Shown here: positions 12,630-25,940 of the stretch, one piece after another
Numbering within the stretch: position 1 is the first letter of the stretch
How the letters are laid out: the number at the start of each line of letters is the position of its first letter
Source: Octopus vulgaris
Taxonomy: Eukaryota
Reading direction: 5' to 3'
NCBI GenBank assembly: GCA_951406725.2
Contig: OX597820.1
Coordinates: 73,222,001-73,286,000 of the forward strand
DNA: 64,000 bases
Translations under genes and position numbers: made by a program
The notes under the pieces: model-generated
What the model saw: only the letters and a program-made list of their open reading frames with translations
Told to the model about the DNA's origin: nothing
Databases searched by the model: none

Positions 12630-12812
12630 GTTTAGTCGAACAAATTCACTCCAGCACATATTTTTAAAATCTGGTGCTTAATTTGTCAGTCTCTTTCCCC
12701 GAATGATTAATTTATTCCAGTACCGGTTGTCGAGCGAAGCAGGAGACAAACGCACGAACACACACGCACACAAACACACACGCACGCACGCGGGCACACA
12801 TGTATCGGTACA

Positions 12813-12899
<87 letters not shown>

Positions 12900-13582
12900 G
12901 TGTGTGTGTGTGTGTGAGCAGTGGGGCTGAAACTTTTAATTATTTAATTAAAGGTCACCTTAAAAAAAGTAAAATTAGCGGTTCGGCAAAAGAGGGCCGA
13001 TAGAATAAGTACTAGGCTTACAAAGAATAAGTCTTCAGATCGATTTTCGCGACTAAAGGCGGTGCTCCAGCATGGCCGCAGTCAAATGACTGAAACAAGT
13101 AAAAGAGAAAGAGAGATTCATCAGTTACTCGCTATAGTGGCAGTACCGGATGACTTGTTTACTTCAGACTTCATTGACGATAGTCTTGCCTTAAATGAGA
13201 TCGAACAAAGGAATGCACTACCCATCCATGACATCTGCAGACTGAATAGCAATATAAGTCCAACATCACCATATACACCTCCATCCCCAAATAACTCAAA
13301 TTCCTTCCTCTTTTCCCCACCAAATACACATAGAAATATCCACACAACTCAAACCTTCCCACTTGTCAAAAGGAATAGACCACCCTCAGTTAAACATCCA
13401 TTATTGTTACATCACCCGAAGAAATGAATCCATGAAGATGATCTGCCCGATGTGCCCACCGATACTATGGCTACACTGCAATCATTACAGGAATAAAGAC
13501 TGCGATCTTCAGAGACATGTGATTCGTGGAAACGCGCGTAGTGATGCACTAAAATATTTATAAATTCAATCCAAGGATTATT

Positions 13583-13650
<68 letters not shown>

Positions 13651-13951
13651 CATCATTATTATTATTTTTATTTATCGGAGGCGGCCGGTAAAAATGCTTG
13701 ACGTATTGTTTCTTGGTTGCCGCTTGTCAATAACATGTACTCACAGTCAGTCGCATTCTAAGAAGATATTTGTCGCTATCAAGGGATTTGTAACCGATAT
13801 TTAAACACTGTTATTTATAGTTTCATCAGCTTCGAGTACCGCCGTTAACAGTGATATGCTATACATACATGTATATATGTATGTATGTACGTATGTACGT
13901 ATGTACGTATGTATGTATGTATGTATGTATGTATGTATGTATGTATGTATG

Positions 13952-13982
<31 letters not shown>

Positions 13983-14007
13983 GTATGTATGTATGTATGT
14001 ATGTATA

Positions 14008-14180
14008 TATAAATTTAATTAGAGATAAAACCACTATTAGGCAAATCAAACAGTGAAATTTTTAAACTGTTAATTTTTTAATTTTTTAATTTTTTAATTT
14101 TTTTTTATCTATCAGAAAGTATTAACAAGTTTCACTGTTTGATTTGCCTAATAGTGGTTTTATCTCTAATTTAATTTATA
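14008..14180. repeat. ~51-bp inverted repeat (PLE-type inverted terminus)
   Basis: AATTAGAGATAAAACCACTATTAGGCAAATCAAACAGTGAAA (14008-14058) is matched by its reverse complement at 14130-14180. Confidence 0.9.
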
Positions 14181-14254
14181 TTTATACTGTGAAATTTGAT
14201 TTAATCCTAAATCTAATTTTTCCCTGTAAGTTTGGATATACTCCCTAATATTAT

Positions 14255-14392
<138 letters not shown>

Positions 14393-14591
14393 GTGTATAT
14401 ATATATATGCATATGTATATATGTATATTCATACATATCTCTCCTCCCCCACCTATCCACAAGTACAACCAATACATTCTCAAATTTTCATTCACTCCAC
14501 AAAACCCATTCGAACGAGCAACACTGATTCCACGGCTCCATGCTTTCATATCTTATCTAGAATAACTATTGCCTAACCATTCTCTCAAACC

Positions 14592-14639
14592 GTCTCCGAT
14601 GAAAGGATGTATAAAATATCCCGGAAACAGCTGTAAAAC
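14592..14639 (+). ncRNA. Variant type I hammerhead motif (CCGAUGA core)
   Basis: GTCT-CCGATGA-AA-GGATGT ataaa ATATCC-CG-GAAA-CAGCTG-TA-AAAC. Palindromic stem III; one mismatch in stem I. Confidence 0.6.
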
Positions 14640-14856
14640 CTTCCATTTATAAATGTTCTGAAATCTTTCACAGCCTTGGATTTTTATCTCATTCTGTTGA
14701 TGTTTTTATATATATACACGCTGATATATAACCTACGCTGGACTTCTCATTCGCATAATCACTGAACCTGGAGCTTAACTATAGTCTTTCCATGGCACTT
14801 ACTCAGCATTACCTGACACCTTTGGGTCTTCTTGACACCATTACCTATCATAACCT

Positions 14857-14888
<32 letters not shown>

Positions 14889-14893
<5 letters not shown>

Positions 14894-15011
14894 TACTTGG
14901 AGAAGAGAAATAACGCGTGCGTTCGGTCATATAATAATATAATAAATAAATAAAATATATGCATATATACATACATATATGTACATACTTACATCTACAT
15001 GTATATATACA

Positions 15012-15045
<34 letters not shown>

Positions 15046-15836
15046 TATATATATATATATGAGTACAGGACACCACAAATAAACGTAGAACACAACGAGA
15101 GACGAAAACATAAAATCAAACAAGGAAACGGACTTTTTTTAAACAACGAAAAAACAGAGTACAGGACAAACAATACAAGGAAAATTTCCCTTCATCAGCT
15201 GTATGACCGAACGCACGCGTTATTTCTCTTCTCCAAGTAAGTTTTTATTTGAATAATCATGACGCGCACTCTTTGACCTTTCCTCCCTGCCTGTCTGTCT
15301 TCCTCTCTACTTGTCACTCTCCTTCTTATTTTTCACCCTTTCTGGTTTCTTCCCCCCTCTCTCCTCCTCTTCCTCCTGACCAGAGGGCTGCTAAAACTTT
15401 CTTTCAGCTTCGTGCTTCAACAAGTATAGATCGACTTCTGTCCTTCGTAAACCGATTTTTCACATGCATTCTAACTAATTTTTCCACCGTCTAGGCAAAA
15501 AAAAGCCCTTATTGTTGGCTGCCTGTCCTGTTTCTTCATTTGTATTGTTTTTTCTTCATTTGTATTGCTTTTACGTCCTGTTTTTGTCACTTGTTTACCC
15601 CTCTGCAAAAGAATTTTATTTAATTCCTTTTGCAGGAAGGATTGCTTTGGCCGTGTTCTGTCCTTACCTTCGAAACACGCGTTGAGTCGAACCAGGGACA
15701 GCTGATGAAGGGGAATTTTCCTTGTATTGTTTGTCCTGTACTCTGTTTTTTCGTTGTTTAAAAAAAGTCCGTTTCCTTGTTTGATTTTATGTTTTCGTCT
15801 CTCGTTGTGTTCTACGTTTATTTGTGGTGTCCTGTA

Positions 15837-15870
<34 letters not shown>

Positions 15871-15907
15871 TGTATATATACATGTAGATGTAAGATTGTA
15901 CATATAT
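14889..15907. mobile_element. PLE-like remnant with interlocking inverted duplications
   Basis: 14889-14931 is the reverse complement of 15202-15244 (43 bp). 15061-15202 is the reverse complement of 15698-15839, and the inversion extends into flanking microsatellite. Confidence 0.65.
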
Positions 15908-16007
15908 TTTATTTATTTATTATATTATATATATATAATAAATAAATAAATATATATATATTTAAATTATTATAATATATATATATATATATGTACATAG
16001 TTACATC

Positions 16008-16038
<31 letters not shown>

Positions 16039-16096
16039 AACACCACAAATAATATATACATATATATACATATAATATATACATATACATATATAC

Positions 16097-16129
<33 letters not shown>

Positions 16130-16204
16130 CATATATGCTTATATATATATATGTTTATATATATATATGTTTATATATATATATGTTATATATATATATA
16201 TGTT

Positions 16205-16236
<32 letters not shown>

Positions 16237-16360
16237 CGTACATATACATATATATATACATTCATATACATATATATATACATTCATATACATATATATA
16301 TATACATATACATATACATATATATATATACATTCATATACATATACATATATATATACA

Positions 16361-16441
<81 letters not shown>

Positions 16442-16443
<2 letters not shown>

Positions 16444-16533
16444 CGGGAAGGTTTACGAAAATAAACAAAAGACGAAGGCAGGTGGAGTACAAACAAACAA
16501 TTGTATTTGTATGCCGCTTAGGAATAGAAATAG

Positions 16534-16540
<7 letters not shown>
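16442..16540 (-). mobile_element. Truncated copy of the short HHR-bearing element seen at 32891-33096
   Basis: AACGGGAAGGTTTACGAAAATAAACAAAAGACGAAGGCAGGTGGAGTACAAACAAACAATTGTATT is nearly identical to 32891 onward; both flanks are (TA)n. Confidence 0.8.
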
Positions 16541-16615
<75 letters not shown>

Positions 16616-16706
16616 CATATATATATATACATATATATACATACGTATACATATACATATATATGCACATATACATACATATATAATTATACATATATAT
16701 GCATAT

Positions 16707-16759
<53 letters not shown>

Positions 16760-17170
16760 AATGTCTTTAATAGACAGCATATAGTTTTATTAAAAAGTAA
16801 TCGAAAAATTATTTGTGGTGTGTATTTGGTTAAGGAAGGAGTTTAGCTTTGAAAAAAAATGCTGGATTAGTCTATTTGGGTAGAAAAAAGTTGTTGATCG
16901 TTTCCTGTTATTTATCTTGTGCAAAAATGCGTAAAAATCTGAAAAGAGCAAATCATTTTGAGAAAGAATATAAGTTTAGTTTTTGAACTGTAAAATTCAG
17001 GTGAAACTGAATTACGCTAATGCTTCGCTATAACCTTACATATAGTGCATTTGAACAACACTTTATGGGGGAAAACCAGTGAAGTGAAAATTTTGTTAAG
17101 AAAGCTGGAACAAATCCAATCTGGAATCAATATGTCTATATTGATAAACTGATGCTGGATAGATAGATAA

Positions 17171-17213
<43 letters not shown>

Positions 17214-17368
17214 CATGCACGTATATTTATATATATGAGGTATGATACATAATGCCTGTGAACATGCATAATATATACAGCTACTGGTTAAATTGTTTAG
17301 TGTGTATAGTATGTGTAAATCCATTCAACTATGCCTATCTATGACAAAGTAGCAGTAAGAACATTGAA

Positions 17369-17417
<49 letters not shown>

Positions 17418-17421
17418 TGTG

Positions 17422-17462
<41 letters not shown>

Positions 17463-18157
17463 TGGACAACAGTGTACTTAATGCTGATAGAGTCTACATT
17501 CACACTAAATCGATTCCGAGTCTAAAAGAAGCTGCCATGAAGATTGTTGCATGAATGTGACGTCCTAGTTTGTTTCAGGTCGATATTAATCAATAATTAA
17601 TCAAAGGCCTTTGTATACACAGTAATTGAATTAAACCAAAATATCGAAGGAATAGAACAGATGACAGAATAAGTAACGGATGAGAAATATAGATAGGACC
17701 TGTAACAGGGTGAAGGCAGCGAGCAGGGTAGAAACGTTCACAAGTCGGACAAATTGCTTATACGCATTACTTTCAGTTCCCTACGCTCTGAGTTCATATC
17801 CTACAGAGGTCAAATAACCCTTTCATCATTTTGGAGTCGACAAAATAAATTACTACTTAAGTACTGTTCCCTCCCCTCAAAATGGCTGGCCTTAAACCCT
17901 GAAACGGTCTGGTACCCCGTTCAGAAGGAATGATGTGACCTCGGCCGCTTACATGTCTTGGAAACTGGATAACCAACTTGATGAGTCCTAAGGTTCGAGG
18001 AAAATTAATAAATTAATATAATATGAGGAAGAATTTGTATTGTAGAGAACTGACCTTACTGAGGCCGAGATCAACTGCCATGCTAAATTTCTTTGGAGAC
18101 CCTGAAAAATACACAGTCGTATAAAGCGGTAATCTGGCGGAATAAACAGACAAACAG

Positions 18158-18378
<221 letters not shown>

Positions 18379-20628
18379 GATCCGTTCATCATGGCTGCAA
18401 CTCAATTTCGAGAAATGTCATCATCTTAGTTATTCTCTGAAACATAACCTGTGCGAATATCGCTTTTCAGCCCTGCTAGGGACTTGCACAGTTTTTGGTA
18501 CAGATGTAGCAATGATGGGCGCCTCTTACAGAATATGTTCTAATATTCTTTTGGTGAACCCTTATATCACCTGATCCACACATTTCCTTCATCGCCTGCA
18601 AATAGAGTTACCACGTGATGCATATTTAACAATGTGCCCTGTCTCTGTGGCTTCTTTGATGAATTCTAAGACCCGTCTTACTTAAACAGTCGGATTTGCG
18701 GCATTCCTCCACACTTTTTTACGTTTTGAGATTAAATCTCTCTTTATTGGGAAGGATTCTATAAAATAAAGTAACAATCGAGTTAATAGATTAGCTCCCT
18801 CTCTAACAAAAAAAAAAAAACACTGCTGACACAGTTGTTGCACAGTTAAAAATCATAAATAACATCTACATGTTTGTATATAGTTGTCCTGGGCATGAAT
18901 TTACACAGCATCAGTTTCGAGAGTTTCAAGGTTTTGAGCAATGAGGAACCATCCTTTAGCCACTATTGTTCTCAGGTCTAATCTAACCCAGAGTAGTAGC
19001 ACCGGTCAGGGTCCCAGCTATGAGTTAATTAGCATGTTATAGAATTTAGACCCTAACGGACAACGGAAACTCTGTAGCTGTTCATCTAAGAGAAGATAAC
19101 TCTGTATAAATCTTGCATCCTGATAACTATTGGGTTTGTAGCACTTGTTGCAACAGGCCAATGCAAATTTGAAGGACGGAAGAGAGAACAGGATTTGCAT
19201 AAATCGTGCCCACTATAATATTTAACACACAAGTTGTTCAGCAAACCGTGAAGGCTCGTGGCTTAGTGGATAGGGCATTCGGCTCACGACCTTGCGGTGT
19301 AATTTTATAATTAAAACAAATTCAAAATTTAAATTTCAGAACATAAGACTTACCACGTTATTTGGTGTATAGCCGCAGTTCAAATGAGTACAAAACCTGA
19401 AAGAAATATGTGTATGTATGTGTGTGTGTGTGTGGCTGGGTCTTCAATATCCAGGGGCAATTTAACTTGAATCGCAGAAAGGAATTGAAAATAGCTACAC
19501 ATGCAATCATATACATACACACATTCAGCTTTTCGCTTACATTGATTACATTTTTTTTTCTTTTAGTCGTCTGTCACTATTCATCTGTTTTTTGTTTTTG
19601 TTATTGTTTTGGGAATTTGACTTTAGTGACACCAGTTACACATGGTACTAGGAGTTTGCTTGGGTGTCGTCAAAATGGAAAACAGATAAATAAGCATGAT
19701 GTTTTAAAAGTGACTGTCGCAGAGATGTGAAAATATGGGTACTACTTGTTAATTTCAAATTAAATTTACCAAAGTTGATGGTCTTCCAGCATCCTCCTAG
19801 TGCCCCTTTGCTCCAAAACGCTTCCCCACATCGAGCTCCACATGGACCCCGTTGAGAACCTCTCATGTAGAGGATGCTAATCGAAGTCTACAGCATTGAC
19901 CCTGCACACAGGCGACCAGAGGGCGATGGCCGTTTACCACACTCTTACACTGTGTAGCTATATTTTTCTGAATCATTATTCATCGAAACGACGAGAGAGT
20001 TTATGAGCTGTCGTTTAATGCCGGTTGGCAAGTAAATCTAAAGTGTTCAGGTATCAACGTATGCACGAAGAAAGAGGAGACATTCTTTTACACTAAAGGT
20101 TGAACTAATTTTGTATATTTTACATTTTATCGTTGTTTACAAACAATAGCGACGTTGTTTACAAGTTTACAACGACACAGATGGGGTGAGTGACAGGAAA
20201 GCATTTATATAATTCGGGTGGGACAAATATCAAAAGGGACTTCGAACACATTAGTTTATCAGTTATACCGTTGAAGTTTACTTTTTCTGCCTATTCACGT
20301 TGCCTATGTGCACATCTTCACAAGCAGGTACGCATTCATTTATGGAAGCGCGCGTGCACACACACACGCACACATTAATATAAGCAAACTCCCACGTATG
20401 TACGATTGACTTCTGCAGAGTTTCCTCATGAAGAATTTCATTCATTCATAAAGGCACTAGGCCTATGATAGACGATTCCTAAATTGATGCGCAATGAAAT
20501 TGAACCCCGAATGACGTGTCCACGAAACAAACTCCTTTACTGCACAATCATGCCTATACCTACGACTCGAGCAACTTTTAAATCCATACAAATTATAACA
20601 TATTATATGATATAACTGTAAATATATA

Positions 20629-21519
20629 CGAGATCTGAGCAATAAGTATCCGGGCTGTTGCCATAGTAACAAAGTTAAAGCACGCAGAATAAAGTCGTTT
20701 GACAAAGATTGACCTTGAAATCTGCTGTGCATGCGCACTAAGTTTTAGCGTTCTAGCTAACTTCCGCTGTTTACAGCAGTGCTGGGTGGGAAGGTATGTA
20801 GCATGTGATCGTCGCATTGACCATTACAGAGAAATTTGTCATGGCGATACTTGCTCAGAGGCCTGTGCAAAGTTGCAGACAGTGTATGGAGTGGAGTGTA
20901 TGAGCCGTACACAAGTTTACGGGTGTTTCAGGCGTTTTCAAGATGGCCGAAAAAAATATCGATATTAAGGAACGTTCTGGGAGATCCGCAACCAGCAGAA
21001 CTGAGAAAAACATTGCAGATGTGCGTGCAGCTGTGAGGGGGAAATCGTCAAATCCCTATCCGTGGGTTATCATAGGACGTGCAGATTAATTACGGTTCAG
21101 TTCAGTCCATTATTTCTGAAGATTTGGGTATGAGACGCGTGTCTGCCAAGTTAGTGCCAAAACTGCTTTCAGCTGACCAAAAATACACTCGGGTTTCAGT
21201 TGCACAAGATCTTGATTGTGTCAAAAATGATGAAAATTTTTTGAAAACTTTGCATAGGCCTCTGAGCAGGTTTCGCCCGGCTTTTGTCAAAATTTGATGC
21301 AGATTCTCTGCTCAACTTTCTGTCATTGTCAATGCGACTATCACACGCTACACATCTTCCTTCCAAGCTCTACTGTAAACAGCGGAGGTGAGTTAGAACT
21401 TTAAACTTTAGTGCGCATGCACAGCAGAGTTCAAGGTCAATCTGTACCAAGCGGCTTTACTCTGCATACCTTACTCCATTACTATGGCAACAGTCCGGAT
21501 ATTTATTGATCAGACCACG
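20629..21519 (+). mobile_element. Non-autonomous mariner derivative with two inverted 5' ends
   Basis: TA flanks; CGAGATCTGAGCAATAAGTATCCGG / CCGGATATTTATTGATCAGACCACG termini. Internal N-terminal transposase remnant (VYGVECMSRTQVY, RSGR, LGMRRVSAKLVPKLLS) with no catalytic domain. Confidence 0.85.
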
Positions 21520-21531
21520 TATGTATAATAC

Positions 21532-21910
21532 GGTGCAGGCACAGCTATGTGGTTAAGAAGCTCCCTTTGCAAACCACAGAGTTTCGAGTTCAATCCTATT
21601 GCTGGAAACCTGGGCGATTGTCTTTTACTATATCTCCGAGTTGACCAATGCCTTTGGAGTGCACCCATCGCATATACATATATGTAACTGAATGTGTACA
21701 TATTTGTCCTCCCTTAACTACTGCTTGCAACCGGTGTTGTTCTGTTTATGTTCCCGTAACTTAGCGATTCGGCAAAAGAGAACGACAGAATATATACCAG
21801 ACTTTTAAAAAATCAATACTGGGATCGATTTGTTCGACTAAAACTCGTTCAAGTTAGTGCTCCAACATGGGCGCAGCTCAATGTCTGAAACAAATAAAAG
21901 TTAAAAGATA
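21532..21910 (+). mobile_element. Degenerate SINE family A
   Basis: Diverged head, body and tail motifs. Confidence 0.7.
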
Positions 21911-22704
21911 AGGCAGAGAGGTGTGAAAGCCATTCCGATAATGTTTGTACCATTTCTAATCCGGACGAAGGCAGTTTTGTATTCTTGTAGTTTCGTATTA
22001 ATATAGTCAATAGCTGTAGTATACAGTGAATCAGATTTCATTAAATATTATTTCCTCTCTTGGAGAACTGTCCATACAGCTCGTGAGCTTGTGTAAAGAA
22101 ACGACCATTTATACAGTTACTGTCTTGGAATGAATATGAAATGACAAACAATGGAAGTATATAACTATAATAACAGCCGAAGATTAAATCTAGCTAATAC
22201 GAGAAATTTATTATCTGCTACAAAGAGAATTTATAATGAAATTCTTAGAAAGTCAATTAAATGAACATCTTCAGAAATTTTAAGTAATTGCATACAAGTA
22301 CATTTCGAGAAAAACCTTTTGAAATTCTTTACTAATAAGAAGTGGTTATGAAAGACCTTATTTCAAGTATTCTATGCTGAGGTAAAATTAAACATTTTTA
22401 ATTTTCAGCAAATATAATAAACTTGGTGAGAACGAATAGAGAATTGACAGCATACAAGACATACAAGTTTGAATATGTCTTTTAATAAGTCTTCGAACTT
22501 TTCCAAAGACAGCTTGAATTTAGTTTTATTCAAACGAAAATATTATTGTCTACATAGACTAACAATGGAAATCTCTAAACGCCAAGTCATGTGACCTAAT
22601 TTTTCATTTTTCTGTTTTTACTAAAATGATTTTGGAAGCATATTATTCTTTGATTAATCAAGTTTTGCCATTCAAAGGATACTTTAAAAATAATAATGAT
22701 AATA

Positions 22705-22742
<38 letters not shown>

Positions 22743-22795
22743 GATGATGATGATGATGATGATGACGACGACGACAGAACAACAGTAATAACGTC

Positions 22796-22849
<54 letters not shown>

Positions 22850-23039
22850 TATAATGTCTTCAATAGTGTTATTTCATCAATAATTATATAAGGATGCTTC
22901 ACTTTTCAATAAGTAGATGGTTGAAATATTTCCCAGAATTCACAAATGAAAAAAAGTAAAAGAAAAAGTAAAAAGAAAATGGCTGCTGATTTCTACATGC
23001 TTTGAAATATGGAAATTTTATTCTGAAATATTATAACTG

Positions 23040-23339
23040 CAGCCGCCAGAACCACACCACCACCACCACCACCACCAGCCCTATCACTACCACCACAGCC
23101 ACTACCATTGCTGCTGCCGCTGCCACCGCATCTACAATTACTACTACAACTATTGCTAATAATAGTACCACTGCTACTACTACTACTACTACTACTACTA
23201 TCTCAGCTGTTGCTGCTACTACTACTGTCACTGCTATTATTACTACCACTTCTACTGCTAATATTACTTTTACTACAACTCTGCCTACTACTATTACTCC
23301 TTCTCCTCCTCCTCCTCCTCCTACTACTACTACTACTAT

Positions 23340-23370
<31 letters not shown>
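23040..23370. repeat. Compound trinucleotide microsatellite (ACC/ACT/GCT/CCT)n
   Basis: Directly visible; source of the poly-T/poly-V/poly-L ORFs. Confidence 0.9.
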
Positions 23371-23820
23371 GATTTCATGTTGCTGCGAGTTTCAAGTACG
23401 TTCTAATGATGGTGATAAGCGCTGTTTGTAATTTTGGTAATCTCGCGAGATATAAATCTGAAAATTAATACATTCAAAAAAGGAAAAAAAAAAAAAGAAA
23501 AGAAAAGAACAGCTAATGCATGCAGTTTAAAGATTATTCTTCCGGAAAGACGATAACACAAATGATAATCGTTTTTACTATAAGCACAATGCCTGAAATT
23601 TAGCGGGAGGGGACTAGACGATTACATCGACACCAGTGTTTCATTGGTACGTAATTTATCGACCCCGAAAGGATGAAAGGCAAAGATGATCTCGGTGGAA
23701 TTTGAACTCAACACGTGAAGACGGACGAAATTCCGCTAGGCATGTTGCCCGACGTGCTAACGATTCTGCCTACTCACCGCATTGATGATGATAATGATGA
23801 TAATGATGATGATGATGATG

Positions 23821-23880
<60 letters not shown>

Positions 23881-23883
<3 letters not shown>

Positions 23884-24359
23884 GATGGGCTACAGCAAAT
23901 ATTCTGCTCAATACCACAGATTTGCTTGTCAGTTGTTTGACCTTAACCAGTTGAGCATGTCCCTTAGTGGCTGACGATATGTGCATCTCTGATCACGAGC
24001 AGAAGTAGTGGGGGAGCATCATAGCCATGTGTTGAGAAGGATTCTTTGGGGTTTGAATAATTCACCTCTGGAAACATGGGTGTTTCGTTCAACGTCCTTA
24101 AACAACCCTTATTCAGGGACCTTTTGAGCGGGATAGGTTACTCGATCTGAAGAAAATTCTAACTGGGCTCCACCTGCAAGGTCATGTGCTGTTTGTCTTG
24201 ATATGGGATCGCCGTGTCGCGCACATATGGTTGTGATGCATGTGCCTGGTGTACCTTTATCAGACGGGTAGTCATGATGGGTATACTGGGCTTCGTATAT
24301 TTTACCCCAGTGTCACTTTGATGGCATGCTCTGCTCGCTCACTCAATAATAATAATAAT
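23881..24359 (+). mobile_element. 5'-truncated non-LTR retrotransposon 3' end inserted in (AAT)n (Dong/R4-like targeting inferred)
   Basis: Flanked by (AAT)n on both sides; a second, shorter copy lies at 24528-24885 with the same 3' end. Confidence 0.55.
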
Positions 24360-24527
24360 CATTTCTACTATAGGCGCAAAATCTGAAATTTGGGTGGGGT
24401 GACTAGTCGATAACCTCGACCCAAGTGGTTCACTGGTACTTAATTTATCGTCCCCGAAAGGATGAAGGGTAAAGTTGACCTCGGCGGAATTTGAACCAAC
24501 AACGTAGCAGCAGACGAAATGCCGCTA

Positions 24528-24885
24528 AGCAGAAGTAGTTGGGGAGCATCATAGCCATGTGCTGAGAGGAATTCTTTGGGGTTTGGATAACTCACCTTTG
24601 GAAACATAGGTGGTTCGTTCAACATTTTCAAAAAACCCTTATTCAGGGAGCTTTTAAGCGGGATGGATTACTCGACCTGAAGAAAATTATAACTGGACCC
24701 CACCTACAATATCATGCGCTGTTTATCTTGATATGAGATCACCATGTCGCACACATATGGTTGTGATCCATGTGCCTAGTGTACCCTTAGACGGGTAGTC
24801 ATGATGGGTATACTGGGTTTCGTATATTTTACGTCAGTGTCACTTTGATGGCATGCATTGCTCTCTCACTTAAAAACGATAATAA
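24528..24885 (+). mobile_element. Second, more truncated copy of the 23881-24359 element
   Basis: AGCAGAAGTAG...GGGGAGCATCATAGCCATGTG...GTCACTTTGATGGCATGC aligns end to end with the first copy. Confidence 0.75.
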
Positions 24886-24904
24886 TTCTTTCTTCTTTTC
24901 GTTA

Positions 24905-25111
24905 TTTTTTATTTGTTTCAGTCATTTGATTGTGGCCCTGCTGGAGCACCGCTTTTAGTCCAACAAATCGCCCGCAGGACTTATACTTTGTATGCCTAGT
25001 ACTTATTCTATCGGCGTCTTTTGCCGAACCGCTAGGTTACGGGGATGTAAACACACCAACATCGCTTGTTAAGCGATGCTGGGGAGGCAAACACAGACAC
25101 ACACAAATATT

Positions 25112-25152
<41 letters not shown>

Positions 25153-25156
25153 ATAT

Positions 25157-25208
<52 letters not shown>

Positions 25209-25355
25209 GACGGGCTTTTTCAATTTTCTGTCCACCAAATCCACTCACAACGCTTTGGTTGGCCCGAAGCTATAGTAGAAGACACTTGGCCAAGGTGCCA
25301 CGCAGTGAGACTGAACCCGGAACCATATGGTTACCACACAGCCACATCTACACCT
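24905..25355 (-). mobile_element. SINE family A
   Basis: Reverse complement of the family consensus, with an internal microsatellite. Confidence 0.85.
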
Positions 25356-25480
25356 AGAATTTCGGGTGAGTGGGTAAGTCGGTTACATCAACCTCCAGTG
25401 CTTAACTGGTGTTAATTTTATCGACTATTTTGAGACTTTGATAAGTTTGAAAAACAATATGGCATAATATAGAGAGACAA

Positions 25481-25690
25481 AGGCGGTGAGCTGGCAGAAA
25501 CGTTAGCACGCCGGGCGAAATGCTTAACAGTATTTCGTCTGCCGCTAGAGTTCAAATTCCGCCGAGGTTGACTTTGCCTTTCATCCTTTCGAGATCGATA
25601 AATTAAATACCAGTTGCGTACTGGAGTCGATCTAATCGACTGGCCCCCTTCCCCCAAAATTTCCGGCCTTGTGCTTATAGTAGAAAAGGA
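25481..25690 (+). mobile_element. SINE family B with alternative tail (TGGCCCCTTCCCCCAAAATTT...GTAGAAAAGGA)
   Basis: Same head and central domain as other B copies but a different 3' end. Confidence 0.85.
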
Positions 25691-25867
25691 TAATCTAGAA
25701 AGACAACGACTGCGAAATACACTTCTCACAGTTGCTTAGACTTATTGTAAGCCAGGGTAAGTACTGTCTGATATGGAAGGCTGTGACTAAATGCAACCTG
25801 AAGAGATCGAACATGGATACCAGCGGCTGGGTCACAGAAAACAGATAGGGACAGAAGGTAGTGGATG

Positions 25868-25940
<73 letters not shown>

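Noticed and set aside
13062-13563. 121-aa and 66-aa ORFs as possible host exons
   Set aside because: The first begins inside a SINE tail; neither shows a recognisable domain or convincing splice structure.
13806-13853. CACTGTTA..TAACAGTG hairpin containing minus-strand CTGATGA
   Set aside because: The three-way junction cannot be completed.
17976-18006. TTGATGAGTCCTAAGGTTCGAGG resembling an HHR stem II
   Set aside because: Core and GAAA box are both broken and no stem I or III pairing was found.
18430-18680. Minus-strand CxxC..AGLKS-like motif suggesting a LINE C-terminal zinc finger
   Set aside because: Too degraded (frameshifts, stops) to call without a profile search.
23002-23431. Thr-rich mucin-like and poly-Leu ORFs
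   Set aside because: Trinucleotide microsatellite with no splice or domain evidence.
23968-24010. CTGACGA as a possible hammerhead core
   Set aside because: No downstream stem II-GAAA-stem III arrangement.
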